Shown here: positions 42,502 to 52,300 of the stretch, piece after piece
Position numbering within the stretch: position 1 is the first letter of the stretch
Layout of the letters: each line of letters begins with the position of its first letter
Assembly: GCA_021158055.1 (NCBI GenBank)
Contig: JAGGVJ010000040.1
Location: 1-64,000, forward strand
Direction of reading: 5' to 3'
DNA: 64,000 nucleotides
Origin: Candidatus Iainarchaeum sp.
Lineage (GTDB): Archaea; Iainarchaeota; Iainarchaeia; JAGGVJ01
Program-made: the position numbers and the translations under genes
Notes under the pieces: generated by a model
What the model was told of the DNA's origin: nothing
Database searches by the model: none
What the model saw: the letters and a program-made list of their open reading frames with translations, nothing else

Positions 42502-45500
42502 TCATTTAGCAAATCCTCTTATGAACTCAACAATTATTTCATCCAATTCATCTTCACAGGCATCCAATTCCAGACCCTGCCCACTGTTTATAAAACATAT
42601 CTCCGGCGGTCTTTCATCACCATAATCCTTATCTTCGCACACCGGTCTTTCGTCTGAACCCATACTGAATATCAACCCCGTGATTATCAACTCACTGGTT
42701 GGACTCAAACTGTCATCTTTGTTTCTCCTGACTACTTTTACCGGCGTTACTGTATTTGTCTTTCCGATGTCTGACATTTGCTTCCCGTCAATACTAACGT
42801 CTCCTTCAAGTATTTTAAGATACTTTCTCTGAATGTTTTCTACAACTTCCTCTGAACTGCCTTTTACAACCACTGAAACTTTCTGGCCTGTTCCCGCGGG
42901 AGCAGAAGGATTCCAACTCATGATTGCAAAAATTCCGTCGTATTTATTGATAAGATTCACTACTCTTAAACACGCGCTTTTATAGGCATCATCTTCCTTT
43001 TCACAACGGTTTTCATCAAGATTTTCCCCTACATACCTTGCAAACAGATTAAATTGACTGTTACCGGAGGCACGCGACGGTGAAAGATTTCCTGCCAATC
43101 CCTCAATGCCCTCAATCCCAGCTGTGTTGGAGTATTCAACATCAAACATCTCCTCAAAAGGCAAGCTGTATGTTCCTTTCTGCACGCCGGAACCGTCACT
43201 AAGCGGCGCAAAAAACAACGGGAAATACTTCGGCAGGTTTATCACGCCGAAATTGCAGTTGTAAGTGGACTTGCTGTCAGCTTCCTTTCTGTCAACTTTT
43301 ACGATATAGCTGTTTTCACCATCCCTCGTGTAAATCCTTTTCCAGACACCGCAGGACATCTTTTTCGGACTAACCTCAAATTTGATTGACGTCGGGCCTG
43401 GACTGCTTATGTCACTTCCAACAACAAAAATTTCCTTGTCCCAGCTTAAAAGTTTAAGGCGCGCAGGAGAAATTCCCCCGAGTTTAAACGGGGATTCCCC
43501 CCGATCATCTCTGAACACACCCAATGCAAGAGACATAATCCCATTGTATTCCTCATCTGTAAAAGCAAATTTAAATTCATTCTCGTGAATATTAGCTCTT
43601 TTCAAATTTCCGCCATCCAACGGAGAACTGAAAAGGAAAAGATACAATTCGTTCAAAAGCTTGAAAGTTGTCTGGTCGCAGTAATGCGTGTTGCATTCCC
43701 TGAACAGTTTGGAAATGTCTTGCGCTGAAAACCCTGAAACTTCACTGCCGTCGTCGTCAACAATTATTTTGTTTCCGTTGAACATCGCAGCAACTTCGCT
43801 AAACCCCCTGCTGTCTTCTTTCACCTTGAAATTGCCGCCCGAGGTTTTCTCAACCGGCTGGTCTTCCAGTGCTTCTTCCCCGAAAATCGTGGCGAAAAGA
43901 GAGTCGTATTCAATAGTGCACTCTGTTCCGATTACGTTCACCCTGAAATCTGCAATCTTATTTTCAGGTTCGCTGAATCCTTCAAGAAGCTTTGTTTCAC
44001 CCCGACCGACAAAAGTTTCAGAAAGGTCATAACCGTAATTGGTTGTGCCGGAAGTCGTCGAACTCTCAAGGAAACGAACTCCCTGCTTTCCTTTGTTCTG
44101 CGCCTTCAGCCCTTCTTCGGAGTTGATGAAAATAAGTGTCGAGTTCAGGTCAGAGCAATTCAGATATTTCTTTTTAAAAACATGGCTGCACTCTGTAGCC
44201 GCTTCACTTTCTTCTTCTCTTTTCATGCTGTATTCTATGCTGAACTCTTCTTCACTTTCACCGAAACTGACAAAAAGAAGATCAGATTTCCCGGATTCAA
44301 TAATCACATCCTTGTCAGTCCCTGCGAAATTCGGATTTTTCGTTATTGTGACTTCTGCATCTGACTTGTTGTCAATAAACAGGCCGCCCAGCGAGTCGCT
44401 CAACTCAAACGATACCTTGTCGCACAGCTCGCTTCCGTAGACACAACCGTCGTCACGGTTAACGTTCACGGTTACTTTTTGTTTCGGGGCAGTTTCTTTT
44501 GATTCGCCGATGTAGATTGCAAGCACCCACTTGCCGTTGTCGTCAGTCAAATCGTCACTCACTTCCGCTTCCAGTTCAAACGTCTTTGCCTCGTCAATCA
44601 ACAGTTTGTGTTCCTCGCTGAACTCTTCAAGAACTCCTTCTTTTTCAGCTTCTTCGTCATCGCCGGTAACTATCTCAAGAATCGTTGCAGTGGCCAAACC
44701 CTTGTCTGATCCTTCCTCGTCTTCACCCGGCAAAAGCTTGAAATACAGGTCAATGGCGTCTTCTGAAATGTTTTTCAAATCAAACTTGATTGACTCTGTT
44801 TTTTTGTCCTGCATGCACATGTTGTCAAAAGAAATGCTTTCAATGGAGGTTTCAGTGTTTTGCTTGAGCACTTTCACGTAACTTTGCCCGCTTTGCGGTG
44901 AAATGCTCACTGAAACAGGCAAAGTGGCTTCAACAGGTTCGCCTGAACAGTCAACTGTAAGAACATACTGCCCTGAAACAGCCAGATTGCCTGTTATTGC
45001 CTTTTCTTTGTCTATTTCCGCCACAAGTTCAATGTCTGTAAGCGCGCTGCTTTTGTCAGTCCATTTTGAAAACGCTGTTTCAATGTCCCCTCCGGAGCTT
45101 TTGCTTCTAAGCAACACGTTCAGCTCAAAATCACCCGCGACAGTGTCGCCGCTTAAAACAATGAATTCCTGGCCTGAAAACGAACTGATGTTGCAGGAAC
45201 AAACAGTTTCTATTTTTATCCCCTGCAGTATTTTTGACCTGTTGCCGGAATCAAGCAAAAATTCTGCTTCCTGATCGCCTGAACCGTAAGATATCCTGAA
45301 GCAGTCGGAAGAACCGTGCGCAGTCACTTTGAACGGCAGGGTTGTAATATGCAGCTTGTTGTCGCTGTCTGATTTGCCTGCAACGAAAACATATCCTTCA
45401 AAGCTTGGATCACTTGCGGTTTCAACGCTCACCCACGCTTTCATCTTGAAATCAAGAGTGGAGCCGTTTTCAATTTCCCTTCCCAGAATAATGTTTTTGA

Positions 45501-48500
45501 AGTCAAGGTGAAAGTCGTCTGACTCGTTTCTTGAGACAATGTCAGCGACAGTAATCGTGATATTATTTGAGCCATTGTTTTTCAGTTTCAGGGTTTCTTC
45601 AATGGTTTCTGTTTTTTCAACAACGCCGAACTCAACAATTGAATCGCTTCCCTCTGAATCAGTTAACTTGAGGTCTGAGTCAAACTCTTCTGAAACATTT
45701 ATGTCAACGCCTGCCGGCCTGAACCTACCTGCGCTTACCCTGGCGTTGACTGTTCCTTCTTCAAGTGAAAAGAACTCTCCCTGTTCAGGGAAAATGTATT
45801 CACCGTCTTTTCCAGAGCCCTCTTCGTCGTCAAACCCTGTTTTTGAATAAGTCACGTCTTCCCCGAGAGGCACACCGGTTTTGTTTGAAAGAAGAACGGA
45901 TGCGCCAGTCACCGGAGTATCGCTTCCTGCTTCAGTTACAATCAGTTTTATCTGGTTTCTTCCTTCAAGAATCATTGTCGAAGGGCTCACGTCAACGTCA
46001 AGCAGTTTGTCCCCCGTGGAATCAAAGTAAACTGTAAACACGCCCCCCTCATCTTCTGCACCGTCTTTTGAAAACTCAAACTCTATTCCCACCCCGTCGC
46101 TGACAACTCTTGAAAACGCCTTTATTTCCCCTGCCAGCAAATCTGACTGGTAATCCTCAAGAAGCGTTGAAATCAAATCGCTTTCATCTTCAAAAGCAAT
46201 CCCCCCGATGTCATATGACTTGAACCTAACGCTTCCTGCCATGTCAGGCGAAACTTTTACTTTGTATCCGTCAAGATAACTCCCATTCTTTGAATAAGCG
46301 GAAAACTCAACCACAAAATCAGTTGAGGTGACTGTTGAAAACAATCCGCTCGGGAAATATTCTTCACTGTCCTCTTCCCTGAAAAGCGCTGAAAAACACA
46401 CATTTTCCCCACACAGTTCTTCCTGCGCAACCACAAGGAATTCTTCCTCGCGCAATGCAATGTCTTTTTCGTCAATGTTTCCCCTGAAACCAAAAACTGC
46501 CTTGTCTTCTTCTTCCGCATCGCTTTTTACGGCAAGCCACACCTCAATCTGGTAAACCATTGGCCCGCCTGAAGAACTCTCCGCCTTTGAAAGGGAGATC
46601 CATTTCCAGCCCCCTGAAGACAGCATTGAAGTAGTTTCAAACTCCTGTCCGCCCAAAACTTCAAGGTCAATTTTTGAAGAATAGCCGCTTACAACCCAGT
46701 TTGAATCTTCAAGGCCGAGCCCTTCACCGACCGAAAGCATAAACACAGAGTCGCCTTCCGCGTTCTTTGGAATAATAACATTGAAAACCGCGCGGTACGT
46801 TTCATCTACTGCAACCGCGTATTTTTGGTTTCCGCTTTGGTCAAATAGTCCTTCAAAATCTATTGATTCATCTGAACTTTCAGCATGCATTTTTGCGTTC
46901 ACGGTCGCCCCGCCCGAAACAACAAGAACGGGCCTTGACACAAAGTCAAGGTAATTGTCTTCTTCGACCATCACATAAACAACCATGCCCTGCGGAGCCA
47001 GCAACTCATACGCCCCTTCTTTGCCGCTTGTGTCTTTTGTTATTTCACTGTTTGTTTCCACGTCAAACAACGAAACTTCGGCGCTGTTCAATGCAGAGCC
47101 GTTTTTTGCTTTTTCAACATTTACAATGATTTTTTCAAGTTTTGAACTCAACAAAATATCAACATTTGTTGTTTTTCCTGCTTCAACTTCAACTCCGGAA
47201 ACCTGTCCGGATGAAGCCAGCGACTCTGCTTTTGCAGTTATTGCCGAACCTGCCGGGACATCCGGGAAAGAAACACAACCGTCTGTTTCGGTTTTTTTCA
47301 GGGGCATGCCAAGGAAATCTGTTCCGGTCCACAAGGTGACTGACGCCCCGTGAACAGCAGCAAAGTTTTTCTTCACGCAGACATTCAGGTTTGCCGAGTT
47401 TTGTGTAGTGGACTCTTCAAGTTCAATTGATACCGTTGAACCGGAAGAAACGCCTTTTTTGAGCTTTGGAAGATACCCGCTCTTGTAAGCTGAAACATTG
47501 TATGTCCCTGCTTTCTCAAGCAGGACAACTCTTCCGCTTGAAGCAGTTGTTTCAGACAAAAGGATTTCTGAACCAGTAAGCAAAGTGACAGCTGCTCCGG
47601 AAATGCCTCCAAAGTATTCTGTTTTCACTTCCACGATTATCTGGTTTTCGTCACCTGCTTTTTCCATGGTGATTTCTTTTCTTTCAACTGTTTGTCCTGA
47701 TTCGATTTCAAAATAATTTGTTCTTTCTGTGGAGTAAATTCCCTCCGGATCTGTTGCAACAACCTGTATTTCAACGTTTGCGGGTATTTCGCGAAGGCTT
47801 ACCGTTCCTCCCGCGTAAGTCGTGCCCTCTGAAATTTTCGTTGAGTCATACCTTTTGGCAGTTACGGTTATTCCGGCAAGCAAATCACCGGATTCGTTTT
47901 TAACTGTGACTGGAAGGGTAACTATTGAACTTTTCGGATCAGGCGCGCTTAGATTTTTTGCAAGGGTAACTGTAAACTGCTTGTTTTCTGATTCAGAGTC
48001 AACACTCACTTCTTCGCTGTAGTGGTTGTCTGAAGAAAACTCAAGAACATATCTTTTGCCTCTTTCAAACCCGCTGAAAGAAAACGCGCCGTCTGTGTAA
48101 AAAGTAGTTTTTATGTTCAGCTTGGCACCAGTATCTTCAACACCCAAAATCGTGACCTCGCCGTCCAGCACTTCATTGTCATCGTTTTTTATCAAAAATG
48201 ACGCTTCAAAACTCACTGTTTCTTTGGCAAGTGAAATCTCTGCAAGGGTTCCTGCTTCGTATGTGTTTTGCCCGATTTCAAATCCGTCTGTGTTGATAAC
48301 CAATTTGACTGATTTTTGCTCATACCCCTCTTTTTCAAGGTTTATCCTGAGCGGTTCTCCAAGCCGCGGGGACGCAATGTAAAACACCCCGTCCTCCTGC
48401 GTCTGCCCAAGGTCTTTCAAGCCGGTTTCAGGAAAATTGGCTGACACAAAAACCCCTTGGACAGGGTCAAGCGTTATTGAGTCAATGACTGTTACTTTGA

Positions 48501-48741
48501 ACACTAAAGGCGACATTGCCCCTGCTGCAAGGAAAGCGACTGTTCCGAGAAGCACAGTCAAAAGAATAAGGACAACCGGAAACGAGGGGACGTTTTTTGA
48601 CTCCATTGCATCAACAACAGAGTACACAGGAACTCCCTTGCCGTCCAGAAAATCAAGCACAGAATAGTACTTGTCCTCCATGGATGCATAGAAATCTGAA
48701 AGCGATTCCTTTAAGTTACTTGCCACACTCAAATAAACCAA
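42502..48741 (-). CDS. Giant (2079 aa) N-terminally anchored surface protein with carboxypeptidase-regulatory/Cna-B-like beta repeats
   Basis: N-terminal FY..MEDKYY..LDFLD..GVPVY..VDAME.KNVP then one TM; repeated V.V....G..V.GA.V.L....T..G units; acidic Ig-like remainder. Confidence 0.85.
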   Translation of the reverse strand: MVYLSVASNLKESLSDFYASMEDKYYSVLDFLDGKGVPVYSVVDAMESKNVPSFPVVLILLTVLLGTVAFLAAGAMSPLVFKVTVIDSITLDPVQGVFVSANFPETGLKDLGQTQEDGVFYIASPRLGEPLRINLEKEGYEQKSVKLVINTDGFEIGQNTYEAGTLAEISLAKETVSFEASFLIKNDDNEVLDGEVTILGVEDTGAKLNIKTTFYTDGAFSFSGFERGKRYVLEFSSDNHYSEEVSVDSESENKQFTVTLAKNLSAPDPKSSIVTLPVTVKNESGDLLAGITVTAKRYDSTKISEGTTYAGGTVSLREIPANVEIQVVATDPEGIYSTERTNYFEIESGQTVERKEITMEKAGDENQIIVEVKTEYFGGISGAAVTLLTGSEILLSETTASSGRVVLLEKAGTYNVSAYKSGYLPKLKKGVSSGSTVSIELEESTTQNSANLNVCVKKNFAAVHGASVTLWTGTDFLGMPLKKTETDGCVSFPDVPAGSAITAKAESLASSGQVSGVEVEAGKTTNVDILLSSKLEKIIVNVEKAKNGSALNSAEVSLFDVETNSEITKDTSGKEGAYELLAPQGMVVYVMVEEDNYLDFVSRPVLVVSGGATVNAKMHAESSDESIDFEGLFDQSGNQKYAVAVDETYRAVFNVIIPKNAEGDSVFMLSVGEGLGLEDSNWVVSGYSSKIDLEVLGGQEFETTSMLSSGGWKWISLSKAESSSGGPMVYQIEVWLAVKSDAEEEDKAVFGFRGNIDEKDIALREEEFLVVAQEELCGENVCFSALFREEDSEEYFPSGLFSTVTSTDFVVEFSAYSKNGSYLDGYKVKVSPDMAGSVRFKSYDIGGIAFEDESDLISTLLEDYQSDLLAGEIKAFSRVVSDGVGIEFEFSKDGAEDEGGVFTVYFDSTGDKLLDVDVSPSTMILEGRNQIKLIVTEAGSDTPVTGASVLLSNKTGVPLGEDVTYSKTGFDDEEGSGKDGEYIFPEQGEFFSLEEGTVNARVSAGRFRPAGVDINVSEEFDSDLKLTDSEGSDSIVEFGVVEKTETIEETLKLKNNGSNNITITVADIVSRNESDDFHLDFKNIILGREIENGSTLDFKMKAWVSVETASDPSFEGYVFVAGKSDSDNKLHITTLPFKVTAHGSSDCFRISYGSGDQEAEFLLDSGNRSKILQGIKIETVCSCNISSFSGQEFIVLSGDTVAGDFELNVLLRSKSSGGDIETAFSKWTDKSSALTDIELVAEIDKEKAITGNLAVSGQYVLTVDCSGEPVEATLPVSVSISPQSGQSYVKVLKQNTETSIESISFDNMCMQDKKTESIKFDLKNISEDAIDLYFKLLPGEDEEGSDKGLATATILEIVTGDDEEAEKEGVLEEFSEEHKLLIDEAKTFELEAEVSDDLTDDNGKWVLAIYIGESKETAPKQKVTVNVNRDDGCVYGSELCDKVSFELSDSLGGLFIDNKSDAEVTITKNPNFAGTDKDVIIESGKSDLLFVSFGESEEEFSIEYSMKREEESEAATECSHVFKKKYLNCSDLNSTLIFINSEEGLKAQNKGKQGVRFLESSTTSGTTNYGYDLSETFVGRGETKLLEGFSEPENKIADFRVNVIGTECTIEYDSLFATIFGEEALEDQPVEKTSGGNFKVKEDSRGFSEVAAMFNGNKIIVDDDGSEVSGFSAQDISKLFRECNTHYCDQTTFKLLNELYLFLFSSPLDGGNLKRANIHENEFKFAFTDEEYNGIMSLALGVFRDDRGESPFKLGGISPARLKLLSWDKEIFVVGSDISSPGPTSIKFEVSPKKMSCGVWKRIYTRDGENSYIVKVDRKEADSKSTYNCNFGVINLPKYFPLFFAPLSDGSGVQKGTYSLPFEEMFDVEYSNTAGIEGIEGLAGNLSPSRASGNSQFNLFARYVGENLDENRCEKEDDAYKSACLRVVNLINKYDGIFAIMSWNPSAPAGTGQKVSVVVKGSSEEVVENIQRKYLKILEGDVSIDGKQMSDIGKTNTVTPVKVVRRNKDDSLSPTSELIITGLIFSMGSDERPVCEDKDYGDERPPEICFINSGQGLELDACEDELDEIIVEFIRGFAK

Positions 48742-48876
48742 TCCTGATTTTTAATTTAATTCCACTGTCTCCAATCAACAACCGGTTCAAACAACCACCA
48801 GTCATGATAAACATTGCGGTTAAACCTTTAAAATAATTACCTTATTAAAAACATTTAGCAAAAGCGGTAAAAAAAA

Positions 48877-49308
48877 TCAAAGAAAAAACGGGACTGCCGC
48901 TGCAAGCGCTGACACCGCAAGCAAAGCAAACGCTATTTTGACCGGCTTGTTCGTGTTTGACTTTCCCCGCAGGTCTGCGTGGAGTTCAAGTCCGAGGTAC
49001 GCGCCTGCAAAAAGCGCGATGAAAACCGGAAAAAACGTTTGGGCTGCTGCCTGTGGGTTTTCCTGCATAAGTTTGCCGACTGCCTGTCCGAAAAAAAAAC
49101 TCGGCACAAAAGAAAAATAGCCGAAAAAAAGCATCGCTGACACAAAAGGCGCAACAGTTCCAAGCAAAACTGCGACAAGCAACTGGTCTGAAGTGATATT
49201 CAGGGGCACTTCAAAAAGCACCCCTTGTTCAAGCGCAAACCCAGCCAGAAGCCCGGCTGCAAAAAACGCAAGGGCAACCACCAAAAAAACCTGTTTCGGT
49301 TTCATCAT
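48877..49308 (-). CDS. Small ~4-TM membrane protein (weak SpoIIM-like appearance)
   Basis: 143 aa, almost entirely hydrophobic; lies between the two giant genes. Confidence 0.7.
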   Translation of the reverse strand: MMKPKQVFLVVALAFFAAGLLAGFALEQGVLFEVPLNITSDQLLVAVLLGTVAPFVSAMLFFGYFSFVPSFFFGQAVGKLMQENPQAAAQTFFPVFIALFAGAYLGLELHADLRGKSNTNKPVKIAFALLAVSALAAAVPFFL

Positions 49309-49372
49309 TCAGACACTGTTCCTTTATTCAATTGCTTATCACATCTCTCAGATTTCTCAAATTTCTCAAGCA

Positions 49373-52300
49373 TTACACTTCTTCAAAAGTCACTATGCAG
49401 TTGTCGTGCTGTGCAATATACACGTCGAGTGCCCAGCATGCGCCTGCAATTGCTGCGCTTCCCAACGGGTTGATTCTCTTTACTTTTTTTAATGACTCAA
49501 GTTTTTTCTCGGTTTCTTCAACACCTTTTGTCATTTCATTGCTTTTAGCCACAAACTCACTGTGTTTTTCCGTGTTTTTCAAAAGCGCGTCTGTTACGTC
49601 ATCCCCTTCGTCGCTAAAGTTAACACCTTCGTCTGCAAGAGAACGTAAGTCAGTTTCCAGTTGCCCTTTACGGGCGGTCAACTCGTTTTGCGTTTCAAGC
49701 AGTTTTTCTTTACCCAGCGCTCCTCCCTCTATCTTTCCCTGCAACTTCCAAACATTTTCAAACTGCTCGTTTACTTTTTTAAGATTTTCAACTCTTTCCG
49801 CTTCAAATTCACTGAACATTTTCTGGGTGTCTTTCACTTCTTTCAAAAGTTCCCTGCGCACAGTCAATTCTTTATTTGACGCATCCATCGTTTTCACTAT
49901 GTCACCGGACAGCTTGTTTAACTCGCCGGTTTCCTTTACAAGATTTGTTTTGCCCTGCTCTAACGTCTGAATGCCTTTTTTAAGATTACTGGTATCTATT
50001 TCAATTTTCTTGAAATCACTTAAAGATGTCAAAACATTATCAAGAGCAGAATCATAACCCATTGTCAGGTTAGAGAACGCGCTATTTCCCTTGATTTCAC
50101 TTACTGCATCTGCCAGTTTGGCCGGGTCGTCCCCCTTATTCACCATGTCCCTGAAGTCTGTGATAAATTTTCGATCCATATCATCTAATGTGTCCCCCGG
50201 AGCAGTCATAAATTCATCAATACCTTCCAAAAGCACTTGTTTATTCTGTTTAAAAAGATGGCCTGCATCGTCAAGACGGGGACTGAGATCATTTAACGCA
50301 GCCCTGTTTTGAGTTATGGTTTCCTCAATGCCTTTCACTTGCTCCATGTTCAGATTCATGGTGTCATTTGCATTCTTGAAAGCCGATTCCAACCCCTTGA
50401 CATCAAGTTCTGCCGGTTTTGTTTTGCTGAGATTATCCAACACATCCTTTAATGCCTTTTTTGAATCATCAATTTCTTTATTGACGGTGTCCAGTGCATC
50501 CAAATGCGCTTTATAAACAAGATCATCACCCATCCCGGCCGTATCTATCTTCATGCCTGCCAGTATGGCGTCTCTTTCTTTAGTCAAACCAGCTACTTTG
50601 CCGTCTAATTTACTTATATCATCTTCTAACCTGGCTATTTCATCCAGAGTATCTGCATATTTACTCCATTTGCCTGCCGCGTTCTTGTATGATTCGGCTA
50701 TTTCTTTCTTGATATTATAGTTGTCAAGATAATTCTTATTGCCCAAAACCAGCAACTTAAGCTGTTTTCCAGACGAGTCAAGTGCATCCGGTTCAAGAAC
50801 CTGTGAAGCTACTGCTCTTTGTATCTTGAACTGCCTGATTGCCGGATACAAACGTCTAAACGGCTGCGCAAGAGCCCCTTTTACTTTTTTTAACTTGCCG
50901 CTGCTTTCAACGACTTCTTCCCCGAGCTTCTTGTAAGAACAAATAGCTCCCGCAGCTGTGGGGCCGGCAGTAATCCCTGCGGCTATCATCGGGGTGTAAT
51001 AAGGTGAACGCGTCAAAGTGCTGATGTCAGTGAAGCCCTCCCCTGCTTCTTTGAACTTATTCTTATAGGCCATGTGGTCAAAGCCAACCTTCAGTATTTC
51101 GTCAACAACCAAAAAGTCAACCAACTGGTCAGCTACGAAAAGCCCGGCACTGGCTCCCGCGCCTGCCGGGTTCCAGGACATCAATGCTGCCCCGCCCCTG
51201 GCCACTGCAACCCCTGTCACAATCGTGCAGGCTGAATTCATTGCAGGGCAAGTGTTGATTGTCGGGCTTTCCTTGATTTCAATGTTCATCCTCAGTTTGA
51301 CACCGTCATCACCCTTCATAACCTTTTCATTTCCATCCTCAGTCGTCATCAATCCGCTCCACCTTATTTCCGGCCTGCAGCTGTGGCAGTCATCTGTCAA
51401 CATACTCTCGCCCCAAAAGTCAGATGAAAACGTGCTTCCCCAAAATTTTTCATCAACATCTGCAACGCACGTGGCCCAAGCGGGCTCGTTTTCCTTGTCC
51501 CTCAGGTTATGTATTTTATCTCTGAAAACATCTTTTGTGAAATCTTCTCCCGTGTACTTGATTTTGTACCCGCCGTAGATTCCTGTGCCGGTGTCAAAAG
51601 AAATCAGCGCCGCAGTGCATTCACAGGCAATAAGACTTGCCAGCGCTTCAGCATCTTTCACAATCAAAGTCCGCCCGTCCTTGTCAACTTCCACCCTGCC
51701 CTCAAACTCAGGCAATATTATTTTCCAATTTCCATTGGCAAACACGCACTCGTTTCTGCCCGCGTCTTTTGCGTTCAAAGGAGCTTCAGTCAAACCCGTA
51801 ATCACAAACGAATCAATCTTTGCCCTGTCGCCTTCACGTTTTGAAGTGGACTGCGACCCGAAATAACAACCGATCGGTTTTGCTCCGGAAGCAATCTCAA
51901 CAAAAGCACTCACTGCTGTTCCAATTGATTTGTTGAGATCTTCTGATGAGTCTCCAAGAGCATTCTTGTCAATCACCAATTCAAAAATATTACTGCCGAA
52001 CTTGGAAACATCGTGGTGAATCACACCGTAAGCTGGGTAGCCGATGTCCTTATTAAGAATATCAACCAATTCGCTTTCTTCTTTAGTCAAATTAGCCGAA
52101 TCCCTAAAGAGCAACTTGACAACGTTTTTTCCGCCGACGACATCAAGAGATGTTTTTACCCTGCCATCTTTTTCAAGCAAATTATAATCCAGTTCAGTTC
52201 CGCTTAAACCCGAAGCGATTTCTTCAACTATTCCCTTAAAACTGTCTTCTTCGTTCTTAGGAATTACAAAAACTGTGTTTTTCATTTCAGCTGCATCTTC

